The notes under the pieces were generated by a model. That model saw only the letters and a list, made by a program, of their open reading frames with translations. It was not told the origin of the DNA and made no database searches. 64,000 nucleotides of DNA. Source: a virus. Within the stretch, counting starts at the first letter, position 1. Each line of letters starts with the position of its first letter. The stretch spans positions 21,149-85,148 of the IMG/VR virus record IMGVR_UViG_3300042885_000570, one strand, 5' to 3'. The position numbers and the translations under genes are program-made. This document shows, one piece after another, positions 1 to 10,740 of this stretch.

Positions 1-2906
1 CAAGTCTGAGCTTTCTCAACTTGGTTTACAAATCCTTCTGGGTTATGTAATAGATTAATATATGTTACAAGTTTTTTAGATTCATTACCTAACTTGTAAT
101 GGTCTAATAGTTGCTCAAAACTTTTATCAACATCAGTATCAAATATGTAATTTTTATCTACACCATTAACAGTCTTTATATAATTCTTATATGCATCTTC
201 AAGTTCTGCATCTGTTTTATACTTATTTTCAGCATTTTTTTCACCAAAAGCTTTATCTAAGATTAATTCTTTTTCCTCATCAGATAACTCCTCAATACCT
301 GCTTCTTTTTTATACGCTTCTAATACAGCATCAGCTGTAGTTCTATTATTATAAACATCATGTTTTGTATGTGCTTCTAAGAATTTTTCTAAAGCATTTA
401 ACCTATCTTCTTTTTCTTGTATTTGTTGTTTATTTGAAGGGTCTTTTACATCTTTTAATCCAGCAATCTCATTTTTAAGCATTACTGTTTCATTGTAGAT
501 TCTACTTGGTTGAAAAATTAAATCCATGTCTAACTGAGACATGTTTTGCATTGATGGATTATTTAATATAGAACCACTTATGTCACTCATTCTTTTTGTA
601 GTATTCATGAAAGCATGATTACTGAATACATAACTTTTTTTAGCATTCTCCCATGCACTGTGAAATATTGCAGCTTTAGTATAATCAGGTGATGCCTGAT
701 CAAAGTCTGCTAAGTTTACTGGATTAGGGAATCTATCAGTTGCATATTTATAAGACTTCTCAATTGAGTCAATATTATTTAATACTTTATCAATTTTTTC
801 TTGCTCTTTTGCACCTGTACCTTTTTCAAAACCAAAGGCTTCTTCAAATTCTTCAGGACTTGTTTCTTTAAAAGATGCAATATGGTCTTTGAAATAATTA
901 AGTGTATTGGTATCTAATGCTGTATGAACTTGAGAAACAAATGCATCACTTAATTCATCTTTAGCTTCTTTAGTATTTGCATCTTCAACACCTGAAACAG
1001 TATTATTTTGTACACCATAGTTAAATACTCTTGAATTAAAAAATTCTTTTGGGTCTGCATATAAAGCTGTTAGTCTATTAGCAACACCTTCACCATGTGT
1101 TTTTCTTAAGTCTTTATATTCTTGATATTTTGCTTTATTGAATATATTGTTATATCCATAATCTAAACCACCTTTAACTGCATTTAAACCTCCAGAAAAT
1201 AATCCCATTAATGCACCAGATGCAAATGTTTCAAAACCTTGTGCTGAAAATTGATCTCCTAGTTTTTCATACATTAATGAACTCTGTGCTCTATTATATA
1301 AATGAGCACCTAATTCTTTATTTTTATATGCCGTTAAATAATATTCTTCATTAGCTGTAGATATAACTTCTTGTAAATTTTCTTGTACACCCTCCATTAA
1401 GTTGGCTTTAAGATACCTTCCAGCTACTTTAGCAGTTACACTTACAGGTGCTTTTTTAAATCCTTTAAGTGAGTTTTTAAGTGAGTTTTCTACATAGTTA
1501 AACTCACCTTTAGCAATTTTTTTACCCGCTTCTGCTGTTTTTTCAAATACAACTTTACCACCTTTTAGATTTAATACATCATCTACTTTAGATTGTAATG
1601 CTCTTTTTGATATACCTGATTTTAATAAATTAGGTATTACAATTTTATTTGATGCAAAGATTAAAGCAGTATTCCACATTAATGTGTTCATACCTGATTC
1701 TTTTGCATTCTTAGTTAATTGATATTGTTCATCATCACTTGGTGCTCTACCATTTTTTTTATAAAACGCATCATATGATTTATCATATACTGCATTATCA
1801 TTCATACCAGCTTCAAGTCTAGCTTCAGATAATGCCATATTAATATTTCTTACATCTCTAAATAGACCACCTGCTGTTCTACTTGTACCCTGTGCTAATC
1901 TTGCTAATCCTGTTAAGTTATCAGCATTTTTACCAATACCAATTACTGCATCAAACGTATTTTCAACGGGATTTAAAAATTTACCTATCTTACTTGCACC
2001 AATATTTTCTGCTGCTTTCCACATTTTTCTAGCACCATTGATATTGTTTGCTTCTTTAAGTGTAGTATTAATAGCTTTATAACCCTTTGTTGCCATATCA
2101 AAAGCATCACCTATTTTTCCAATCTTTCTTGCATTGTTAGCAGTAGCAGCAAAGAAAGATCCACCTGCGGTAATAGGAGAAAGTAAAGCACCAGCTGCTT
2201 CTTCAAGAATAGCTTCACCAATGATACCTGCTGTATAAGCAAAACTCATTGCTGTATTATTAAAAAATGCACCCATTCCTTTTTTAGATGACTGACCAAT
2301 AGCTGCTGCATTTTCATATACTCTTGCATCTTCTAAGTCAGCACTAAAATCACCTTGTAACATTTTAACTAAACTCTTAGGTCCAGATACAAAACCTCTA
2401 CCTAATAATGGCATGAATGAATTCTTCATCATTCTTGAAAAATCATCTCCCATAGTAGTATGAGCATTATACATTGCCTCATTATCTCTTAATGGAGAGA
2501 AGCCTATTTCATCAAATTTCTTTTGACCATATGCTGCATATCTTTTATAGAAAGAGTTACCTGATGGACCAGCATTATATGCATTAACTTTTGCATATTG
2601 GTTTTTATCATGTGTTGTAGCAACATTCATTTGAAAACTCTTACCAATTGCATCTTTCATTTCATTTGCTGAAAGTTTTTTATTTGGATTTTGTGATGCA
2701 GGTCTTCCAGGTGCATGACCAGTTATTGCATCCTGTATAATGTAATTTGGATTTGTACTACTTAATGGAGGTGTAACAGGAAAGTTAATTTTATTATCTT
2801 TTAAATCATCACCTTCAAAAGCAGACATGCTTTTACTATTAATTGCAGGACCACTTACTTTACCAAATTCTAATCCTAATGGGTTTAATGAGCTATTGTT
2901 TTCCAT
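1..2906 (-). CDS. Large ejection/cargo-type virion protein, N-terminal ~968 aa (runs off the window edge)
   Basis: Not in the ORF track. ATG at 2904-2906 overlaps the upstream TAA (TAATG). Reads MENNSSLNPLGLEFGKVSGP..., and sampled stretches stay open. Contains Ala/Gly-rich hydrophobic helices and an NLMEGVQENLQE motif. Position matches crAss-like giant ejected proteins. Confidence 0.7.
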   Translation of the reverse strand, partial: MENNSSLNPLGLEFGKVSGPAINSKSMSAFEGDDLKDNKINFPVTPPLSSTNPNYIIQDAITGHAPGRPASQNPNKKLSANEMKDAIGKSFQMNVATTHDKNQYAKVNAYNAGPSGNSFYKRYAAYGQKKFDEIGFSPLRDNEAMYNAHTTMGDDFSRMMKNSFMPLLGRGFVSGPKSLVKMLQGDFSADLEDARVYENAAAIGQSSKKGMGAFFNNTAMSFAYTAGIIGEAILEEAAGALLSPITAGGSFFAATANNARKIGKIGDAFDMATKGYKAINTTLKEANNINGARKMWKAAENIGASKIGKFLNPVENTFDAVIGIGKNADNLTGLARLAQGTSRTAGGLFRDVRNINMALSEARLEAGMNDNAVYDKSYDAFYKKNGRAPSDDEQYQLTKNAKESGMNTLMWNTALIFASNKIVIPNLLKSGISKRALQSKVDDVLNLKGGKVVFEKTAEAGKKIAKGEFNYVENSLKNSLKGFKKAPVSVTAKVAGRYLKANLMEGVQENLQEVISTANEEYYLTAYKNKELGAHLYNRAQSSLMYEKLGDQFSAQGFETFASGALMGLFSGGLNAVKGGLDYGYNNIFNKAKYQEYKDLRKTHGEGVANRLTALYADPKEFFNSRVFNYGVQNNTVSGVEDANTKEAKDELSDAFVSQVHTALDTNTLNYFKDHIASFKETSPEEFEEAFGFEKGTGAKEQEKIDKVLNNIDSIEKSYKYATDRFPNPVNLADFDQASPDYTKAAIFHSAWENAKKSYVFSNHAFMNTTKRMSDISGSILNNPSMQNMSQLDMDLIFQPSRIYNETVMLKNEIAGLKDVKDPSNKQQIQEKEDRLNALEKFLEAHTKHDVYNNRTTADAVLEAYKKEAGIEELSDEEKELILDKAFGEKNAENKYKTDAELEDAYKNYIKTVNGVDKNYIFDTDVDKSFEQLLDHYKLGNESKKLVTYINLLHNPEGFVNQVEKAQT

Positions 2907-5851
2907 TATTTTACACTTCTAAAGTTTTCATTATTTATATCTTGCACCTGTGACCAATAGTTAAAGGCATCATTTCTTCTTTGTTCTAACTCTTGACCTG
3001 AAGCAATTCCAGCACCAGGTACTGAAGCTTGCTCATATCTTTTAGTATCTGGATTGTAAAACTTATAACCAAAATTGTATTTATAACCACCCATGATATC
3101 ATCTTTTTCAAATGTAATGTTATTCATGTTATCACCATCATTAGGATCTTTTATTGTAACTTTTTTATTAAAGTTTACGTCAGCTTCTAATGGTGTAGTA
3201 TAAGTAGATTGGAATAAGTTATTTGTCCAATTTTTATTATCTGATACTAATGATATACCATTTTGTAAAATATAATCTGCTTGTTGTTGAGATATAATTC
3301 CAGCAGATTTAACACCTTTTTCTGTTTTAGTATAAGTTTGTTTCTTTAACCATTCAGCGTCAGGATAAATAATCATTGCCCCTTTATTTGTTTTATTTTG
3401 AGCTAATGGTTGTGCAGCTAATCTGAATCCTTTAAATGTACTATTATATTTTGCTGTTTCATTAAACATTGCATCTAATAATTGTTTACCTTCTTTATTT
3501 CTATTAACTCCAGAAGCAACAGGACCCAAAAATCTTACATCAACATCATTATCAAAATCAAGACTTTTAATATCTTTTTTAAATTCAGTCCAGTTAGCAG
3601 CCCCAACTGAGTTATAAGCATTAGGGTATACAGTAATACCTTGTTGACCAATAGTAGTTAAACCAGCTCCTTTCATATCTGCCATTGCTGATATACCTGG
3701 AGGAGGTGTTAACTTAATATCAGTAGATTGGTATGCATCATGAATAGCTTTTTTAAGTTCATTATATGGTGTTTCAGGTTTATTAGGTTTTACTTTACTA
3801 TCTTTTATTTTAGTACCTGTTACTGGTGATACAGTAAACATTTCATTACTAATATTAGCCCATCTTTGTTTTTCTGCTTCTACTTTTGGATTTGAGTGAG
3901 GAGGTGTAATACCTGAACGCTTAATAAACTCTGCTTCAGAAACTTGATTACCATTTTCATCAAACATGAACTTAACATAGTTTTTCATGTCTTTATCAAG
4001 AGTTCTTTCAAGATGATTCTTAACATCTTGTATTGTACCTTTTTTCCACTTTTGTAAATTAGTAGTATAAGTATAGTAATCATTCAAACCTGTATTAAAC
4101 TGACTCATGTTTTTACCAACTTCATCAAACTCTTTAACACCTTTGTTATAGTTTTGAGAAATAACCTTTTGGAAACCAGTTGTAATCTTTTTAAGTTTAG
4201 TTGTACCTAACTCACCTTTAATGAATTTATGTGGATCATTTTTTAATTGCTGGTTAAACTTCTCAATAGTCATATTTTTATCACCAAAGATAGTTTGCAT
4301 ATCATCAGCAGATAACTTACCTTTTAGAGACTCAAGTGATGATAACATATTAGTTAAATATGGTGTAACACCTTTATCAATAAATCTATTAGAATATGTT
4401 GCAGAAGCATCTTTTAAGTTTATAACATCAGTACTTGCTCCTTTTGTTTTTTGTTCAACAGTATATTGATCTGCATCTTCACTAATAATAGCTCTACCAT
4501 AAGTTGCACTAGCAGGATTCTGATCATAATGATATGCACCAGATTCAACTAAGTGTTTATCCATGTTTGCAAGACTTGCAGTTTTTGCTGCACGTTCTCT
4601 ACTAGCATTAGCAGAAGCAACTTCTTGCATTCTATATTTATGTGCTTCAGCTTGTACAGCATACGGGTTAGCATTAATATCTTGTTTTGCATCTTTAAAT
4701 GCAAATACATTTGCAGCTTCACCTAAATCTTTTTGCATTAATCTTGATGCCATTGCATTATCTACTTTCCATCTTAATGATTCAATATCACCATAAGGGT
4801 TTTCAAATCCTGTACTAGTTGAAGGAGTCCCTGATTTTTCAGAAAGTGATTCAACATTACTACTTGTAGAACTTAGTAAAGATGAGTTAATATTTTTTGC
4901 TTCATTAAGACGTTCTAGATAACTTGCTGTTTCTGGTGTTGCCTCATTTGAAGCTACAGCTTTTTCAGCTTCAGCAGCTTTAGTACTATACACCTTATCA
5001 TTTTTTTCTAATCTTGCTTGTCTAGCTTCATTCTCAGCTTTAAGCATTTTATAACTTTCAGAAAGATAACTCATTTCAGCAGCATTTTTATCTCCAGCAA
5101 ATTGAGCTGCATTAGAATATGCATAATCTTTTCTATTTACATAAGCTTGAGTTTTATATACATCAATAACACCAGGATCAGATCCTAATGTAGCTTCAAA
5201 TAAATGTGAAAGTTTAGGTATAAGTTGTTCACCATTTTTAGTTTTAACAACCCATTTACCGTCAGGACTAAAATCAACAGTTTCAACAGATAGACCAGCA
5301 TCTTTAGCAATTTTCTGTGCTTTCTCCATTACATTAACATAAGGAGTATAGTTTGCATTTCCAATTGACATTGTCTCCTCAAGAGAAGCATTTTTAAATT
5401 CTTCAGTTTTATATTCAAGTGCTTTTAAACCAGCTTCCCAATATTGTGCTCTTTGTTTTTCATCTCTGTTATTTTTTAATCCAGCTGCATATGACTTTTG
5501 ACTATTTATATTTTTAGTCCAAGCCATATCTTTCATAAGATTTTTATCTTCATAGAAAGGTTTAAATACTTGTTGAGCTTGAGTAACATTTTGTTCAAGA
5601 GATAAGTCTAAACCAGAGACACGCTTAAGATTAAAATCAATTGATTTAATTAATTCATCTTTTTTCTTAAGATTATCACCGTGAGTTAAATCTGCATAAA
5701 AATATTGACCATAAACATTGTTTAATGCTTTATAGTTTGTATCATACTGATTTTGCTTAGTCTGCAATGCGTTTGCATAAAAGTTTAAATCAGGTTGAAA
5801 TGGTTGAAACTGAGGTATATAATCTGTAACTCCTTGAAGATAAGTTGCCAT
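2906..5851 (-). CDS. Ejection/cargo virion protein (981 aa)
   Basis: MATYLQGVTDYIPQFQPFQPDL start, helical Q/A/K-rich N-half, synteny downstream of the muzzle gene as in crAss-like phages. Confidence 0.65.
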   Translation of the reverse strand: MATYLQGVTDYIPQFQPFQPDLNFYANALQTKQNQYDTNYKALNNVYGQYFYADLTHGDNLKKKDELIKSIDFNLKRVSGLDLSLEQNVTQAQQVFKPFYEDKNLMKDMAWTKNINSQKSYAAGLKNNRDEKQRAQYWEAGLKALEYKTEEFKNASLEETMSIGNANYTPYVNVMEKAQKIAKDAGLSVETVDFSPDGKWVVKTKNGEQLIPKLSHLFEATLGSDPGVIDVYKTQAYVNRKDYAYSNAAQFAGDKNAAEMSYLSESYKMLKAENEARQARLEKNDKVYSTKAAEAEKAVASNEATPETASYLERLNEAKNINSSLLSSTSSNVESLSEKSGTPSTSTGFENPYGDIESLRWKVDNAMASRLMQKDLGEAANVFAFKDAKQDINANPYAVQAEAHKYRMQEVASANASRERAAKTASLANMDKHLVESGAYHYDQNPASATYGRAIISEDADQYTVEQKTKGASTDVINLKDASATYSNRFIDKGVTPYLTNMLSSLESLKGKLSADDMQTIFGDKNMTIEKFNQQLKNDPHKFIKGELGTTKLKKITTGFQKVISQNYNKGVKEFDEVGKNMSQFNTGLNDYYTYTTNLQKWKKGTIQDVKNHLERTLDKDMKNYVKFMFDENGNQVSEAEFIKRSGITPPHSNPKVEAEKQRWANISNEMFTVSPVTGTKIKDSKVKPNKPETPYNELKKAIHDAYQSTDIKLTPPPGISAMADMKGAGLTTIGQQGITVYPNAYNSVGAANWTEFKKDIKSLDFDNDVDVRFLGPVASGVNRNKEGKQLLDAMFNETAKYNSTFKGFRLAAQPLAQNKTNKGAMIIYPDAEWLKKQTYTKTEKGVKSAGIISQQQADYILQNGISLVSDNKNWTNNLFQSTYTTPLEADVNFNKKVTIKDPNDGDNMNNITFEKDDIMGGYKYNFGYKFYNPDTKRYEQASVPGAGIASGQELEQRRNDAFNYWSQVQDINNENFRSVK

Positions 5852-5916
5852 AATGTTAATGTTTGTCTATACTGTAAATATATTAAAATTTTATAAGTTT
5901 ACTAAACCTGGAAAGT

Positions 5917-8517
5917 TTAGGTAAACATAAATGGGAATACATTAGAACCCATTACATAACCCATTTGAGTTGTCCCACCTTTTTTACCATATAGTTTCCC
6001 TATCATATCTGGATCAACTGCATCACCACTACCACTACTATTATATCTTTTAATACGATCTTTTAATAATATTTGTTGTGACTCAGGATCTAACTTAGAA
6101 TTTTGTAGTTGCATTGCATACTCATCTAAACTCATTTCATCAGTAGGTTTATAATTTTTACCTTTAGTAAAACGCATTCTACCACCGCTTCTTGGATCTA
6201 CTGCATATTGAGGATACATCTGATTCATTGCATCAGTTTTCATCATATTAGTTGTCAATGTATTTTGAGCATCTGCAAGATTATGTCTAAAAGCACTTTT
6301 AGTATTTTTAAATTGTTGATTAAGACGTGCAACATCATCATATAATCCTTTATTCTGTGCTTGATTATATCTTTGTGCCTCATTCATTACTTGTGCATTA
6401 TTACCTGCAAACTGATTAGCAACACCAACATTCATATTATTATATCTACCAAGTGTATCAGCTGCTTGTTTAGCAGCTTGACCTTGTGTTGATGCAGATC
6501 TTGCAGAAGCTGCTTGTGGTCCTGTAAATTGAGCAAGGGCAGTATTAGCAATATTTGCTTGTTCAGATTGAGCTGCTAATTCTCTTGTAGGATCATAAAA
6601 AGTAGGAGACATTAATTGTGGTTCATATCTTGCTGCCCATGGTAAAGTTTTATCAACATTAAAATAATCACCTGCTGCAAGAGCTAAATTTAATTTATCT
6701 TGTTTCCATGCTTCTGGTTGACCTGCATAGGCTGCTTCTGGAACATCCTCTGGATTAACATCAGCTGCATCTGCTTCAGTAGTATCTTCAACAGGTTGCG
6801 CTTCATTTTCATATTGAAACTCTGGTTTACCACCTACTGCATCAAAATGCTCAATTCCACCTAATATATCATTACCCATTGATGGTCTATATTCACCTTC
6901 ACCTAATGAATTTTCAATACCTTTTGTAACATCAGCATAATTCTTTTTATAGAAGTCTTCTGATAATAATGCTTTATCATCTTCTGGTACATCTTTGATT
7001 CCTAGGGTACCTGCAAATTGTCTTCTAGCTTGTGCTTTTAATTTAGGATCTTTTTGTATACGGTCAACTTCATCAAATGCCTCATCATCTGACATACCTA
7101 AACCTTTAGCTTGCTCATATATGAATCTTTGTTCATATAAGTCAGGAGTAAATCCTGCAACAAATGAACCAGTATTTTTTATTTTACCTGTTTTTGAATC
7201 AAGTTTAGAATAAGGACCTGTTGCACCTTGACTAACAACTTTATATTTATCCGTACCTAATACACCTTTAGCATTAGTAGCATTAAGAGCTCTTGATAAT
7301 TTTACTCTATCTTTAAAATCACCATCCCACTTACCTGTAATTTTTATATTACCATTTTTATCTGTAGTAATACCTCCAGCTTTTATTCCTTTTGCAATAA
7401 TAGCATTAGCATCCTCAATAAGTTGAGCATTCTCAGGAGATTGTTTTTTAAATTCTTCTACAGATATACCTAAAGACTTTGTATCTGCAGTAGGAGTTTT
7501 ACCAAGTGTTGCTGCTGTTACTTTCTTGTATGTGCCATCTTCTTGTTTAACATAGTCACCTGCTCTAGTATCAGTAGTAATTCTATCTCTTACAACAGCA
7601 TCTTTAGGTAAGTTATCTTTAGTGTAAACTTTTGATTTTACTTCACCTTTACTTTGGTATCTATCTAATGAACCACCGTTTCTGTATAATTGTTGTCCAG
7701 GATAACTATAATCACCTGTCATTATACCATATTGAGCCATAGGAGGTACTTCCATCATCTCTTCTTGAGGATTCTGCATACCTTGAACTTGCTCCATAGA
7801 TTCTTCTTCAGGAGATTGCATACCCATACCTTGGTTTTCATATGGATTCTGCATTGCTTGTGCATTCATCTCAGCTTCAGGTTCTGGTTTTTGTGGTATC
7901 AAATCTTCTTCATTGATACCCATTGCCTCCATATATGGTTGAGCTACTTCAGGGATACCTTGTGGGAATCCTTTCTTAGCTTCTTGTGCTAATGCTAATG
8001 CACCTAACTTAAGATTAATATTCTTAATCATTAACTCTGCAGATTTCTTATCTATCTTATCTGAGTTAGGATCTTCTAATATTTTTCTATACTTATTGAT
8101 ATCATATGGTTTTGCTAATTCAGCTGGAGTATATCCTTTTTTACCACAGGCTTTTGCAAACATTTTTAAAATATTACAATCAGTAATCTTCATTGCTGCA
8201 GTATCACTAAAAATAAATGTACCGTCAGGTAAGTTTAATGGTACACCGCCTTCATGATGTCTTTTACCACTAATGATCATATGCTCAGTGAATCCATCAC
8301 CATTGATATCACCAAATGCGGTTTCCCCACCTTCAGCTTCTAGATTAGCTTCATCTCTTGGAACTTGTTTCAAGTATCTTGTATTCTCAAGATGTCTTGA
8401 TGCAGCATTCATATCAGCTCCACCAAAACTAATTACTTGTTTATTTAAATTGTTACCTGTAAAACCTCCCGATTTTGCTTGTGGTAATCTCTTAGTTATT
8501 TTTACTTTAAAGTGCAT
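5917..8517 (-). CDS. Cargo/internal virion protein (866 aa)
   Basis: N-terminal EAEGGE...GKRHHEGGVP...IFSD motif seen in crAss-like cargo proteins, Q/N/A-rich helical C-half, several x-x-x-GG motifs. Confidence 0.65.
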   Translation of the reverse strand: MHFKVKITKRLPQAKSGGFTGNNLNKQVISFGGADMNAASRHLENTRYLKQVPRDEANLEAEGGETAFGDINGDGFTEHMIISGKRHHEGGVPLNLPDGTFIFSDTAAMKITDCNILKMFAKACGKKGYTPAELAKPYDINKYRKILEDPNSDKIDKKSAELMIKNINLKLGALALAQEAKKGFPQGIPEVAQPYMEAMGINEEDLIPQKPEPEAEMNAQAMQNPYENQGMGMQSPEEESMEQVQGMQNPQEEMMEVPPMAQYGIMTGDYSYPGQQLYRNGGSLDRYQSKGEVKSKVYTKDNLPKDAVVRDRITTDTRAGDYVKQEDGTYKKVTAATLGKTPTADTKSLGISVEEFKKQSPENAQLIEDANAIIAKGIKAGGITTDKNGNIKITGKWDGDFKDRVKLSRALNATNAKGVLGTDKYKVVSQGATGPYSKLDSKTGKIKNTGSFVAGFTPDLYEQRFIYEQAKGLGMSDDEAFDEVDRIQKDPKLKAQARRQFAGTLGIKDVPEDDKALLSEDFYKKNYADVTKGIENSLGEGEYRPSMGNDILGGIEHFDAVGGKPEFQYENEAQPVEDTTEADAADVNPEDVPEAAYAGQPEAWKQDKLNLALAAGDYFNVDKTLPWAARYEPQLMSPTFYDPTRELAAQSEQANIANTALAQFTGPQAASARSASTQGQAAKQAADTLGRYNNMNVGVANQFAGNNAQVMNEAQRYNQAQNKGLYDDVARLNQQFKNTKSAFRHNLADAQNTLTTNMMKTDAMNQMYPQYAVDPRSGGRMRFTKGKNYKPTDEMSLDEYAMQLQNSKLDPESQQILLKDRIKRYNSSGSGDAVDPDMIGKLYGKKGGTTQMGYVMGSNVFPFMFT

Positions 8518-8526
8518 AATACAAAA

Positions 8527-10680
8527 TTATAAGTATTCTAATTCTCCTCCATTAGCTAGGAAGTCGTCTATCTCTTCTTGAGTCATGTATTGAATATCCT
8601 CATCTTCATCTTCAGTGTTACCACCCATAGCATAAACACCACCACCATATCTTGAAACATCTTTAAATCCAGTATCATCAGGTCTAAAATTACCAGCTTG
8701 ATCATAATCACCTCTATCATCTTCATTACTAATACCAAAATTAGATTCAGCTGGCTTTAAATTATTTATCATCTCATTCTCTTGTTTTTTAGCATTAATT
8801 TGATTTGCTTGATCTGCAAAACCTTTTACTAAATTTTCACCTAATATAATATTAGCACCTAAATTACTTCTATCTTTTTTAACTTGAAAATCTTGTGAGT
8901 AATTATCTAGTGCTTCAGTAGAAGGTTTGTTATTTACTTGATTAGGATCCATAGTAATATTATCTGGCTGCATACTTTCAGGTACTGTAGCTTGAATTTG
9001 ATTACCAGTTACATCTTTTGTAGGGGCTTTATCAAAATAACCTTGAAGATTACTAATACTCATGTTATTAGCATTAGGGTCAAAACCTACTTCAGTACCT
9101 ATTTGTGCTCTATATAATTCAGGAATAGAAACATCTCCACCATATTCTTTTTGTTTATTACTTAAAGAAGAAGCCTGGTTAGCTATTGCTTGTGCTTTAT
9201 TAGCATCACCAAATGGTACATAACCTGGATTACTTTGTTGTATTCTTGCAACTTCTTTAGGATCATTAAATACATCTGCATCTTTATTACCTAAGAATCT
9301 ATTAAGTTGTGCATCATCTCTTCTTTCTCTTCTTTGAGCACGTGCATCCATTGGAGGATAATAAGGCATATCACTTGCTTGTGTTGCAGCAGGAGTTGTA
9401 GGTTGTGCACCTTGAGGTATTTCAGGTACCATTCCTGACCTAGTCATACGTGCACCCAATTGCTTTATACCAGGAATACCAGATCTCATCATCATATCTG
9501 CAACAGGTTGTCTATTACCTTTTCTGTCTTGAGCAGCGTATTGAGCATCAAGTGTTTTTGCTTGATCTTCTGTAGGCATTTTAATTTGTGGTGTAGCACC
9601 CGCTGCTGTTGCATTTGGATTACCATAATTTACAGTATATGCTTTTGGTCTACCTAATAATCCTCTTTTAGTTACATCAACACTTGTTACTTGTCTACCT
9701 GCAAGATTAGGATTAACTGCTGCTTGACCTGTAGCAGTATAGTAAGGAGAATTAACTGCTTGAACATATTGTCTACCTGATCTTTTAGGCATTTTGAAAC
9801 CACCTTCAGCATATTCATTATAATCTATATCACCATCTTGATACATTTCATCAGCAGATTCATTATCTCCACCACCAATGAATTTATATAAACCGGAATC
9901 AGTATCTGTAAAACCACCAAATTGTTCTCTATTAAAATCTATATTTGTACCTACTTGTGGATTATCAAATATATCATGTATACCAGTCGCATATGCACCA
10001 ATGTGATGCATTAGATTTTCTTTATCTGGTTGATTTTGTTGAGCACCTCCATTTTGGTATCTACCATACTGAGATTCAGCTGCTTGTTTTAATGCTGCTT
10101 CATTAGCTGTATTTTTAACAGCACCCAAGAATCCTTTTACATGTGATTCTCTACCATTTAATACATCATTAGTACCTGGAGAAGGCGTATCACCACCTTG
10201 ACCCATTTTAGCAAACTTAGTATACTCTTTAATAAAACTTCTTTTACTAAGTTTAGAACCACCTTGTTTCATATAGTTAGCTTCATCTTCTGGAGTATCT
10301 TCAGTAGTTGACATATCTATATCAGTATTATACATAGCTGCAAGTTGTTGCTGTCTTGCTTCTTCCTCAGCTGCTTCTTGTTCTTCAAGTAAAGCTTGTT
10401 CTTCTTCTTGTGCTCTTGCTTGTTCTTCTGCTGCAAGTTGTTGCGCTTCAACAGATATAGTATTTTCATTTAAACCAAGGTTATCACTAACACTTGTTAT
10501 GTATTCATCAGCAACGTCTTCATCAATACCAGCACCAGCTAAGTCATCTCTTAATGCATCAGTATCTCCATCAAAGTCATCAGATGACATTTTTTGTGTA
10601 AGATAAGATACTATTCGTTGTTGTTGAGTAGCTTGGTTTGATTGACCACCAGCTTTATATACTCTTACTCTCTTTTTCAT
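8527..10680 (-). CDS. Low-complexity internal virion protein (717 aa), GG-punctuated
   Basis: Long ORF with acidic and Q-rich segments and about 12 GG-type motifs; synteny with cargo genes. Confidence 0.55.
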   Translation of the reverse strand: MKKRVRVYKAGGQSNQATQQQRIVSYLTQKMSSDDFDGDTDALRDDLAGAGIDEDVADEYITSVSDNLGLNENTISVEAQQLAAEEQARAQEEEQALLEEQEAAEEEARQQQLAAMYNTDIDMSTTEDTPEDEANYMKQGGSKLSKRSFIKEYTKFAKMGQGGDTPSPGTNDVLNGRESHVKGFLGAVKNTANEAALKQAAESQYGRYQNGGAQQNQPDKENLMHHIGAYATGIHDIFDNPQVGTNIDFNREQFGGFTDTDSGLYKFIGGGDNESADEMYQDGDIDYNEYAEGGFKMPKRSGRQYVQAVNSPYYTATGQAAVNPNLAGRQVTSVDVTKRGLLGRPKAYTVNYGNPNATAAGATPQIKMPTEDQAKTLDAQYAAQDRKGNRQPVADMMMRSGIPGIKQLGARMTRSGMVPEIPQGAQPTTPAATQASDMPYYPPMDARAQRRERRDDAQLNRFLGNKDADVFNDPKEVARIQQSNPGYVPFGDANKAQAIANQASSLSNKQKEYGGDVSIPELYRAQIGTEVGFDPNANNMSISNLQGYFDKAPTKDVTGNQIQATVPESMQPDNITMDPNQVNNKPSTEALDNYSQDFQVKKDRSNLGANIILGENLVKGFADQANQINAKKQENEMINNLKPAESNFGISNEDDRGDYDQAGNFRPDDTGFKDVSRYGGGVYAMGGNTEDEDEDIQYMTQEEIDDFLANGGELEYL

Positions 10681-10740
10681 ATAATGTGTAATATATATTA
10701 AATATAATAATTTTTGGTTTACTCAATAAACATTAAAAGT

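Noticed and set aside
1-2906. Calling the truncated left ORF the virion RNA polymerase
   Set aside because: No DxDxD catalytic motif seen in the visible portion; the polymerase domain may lie beyond the window edge
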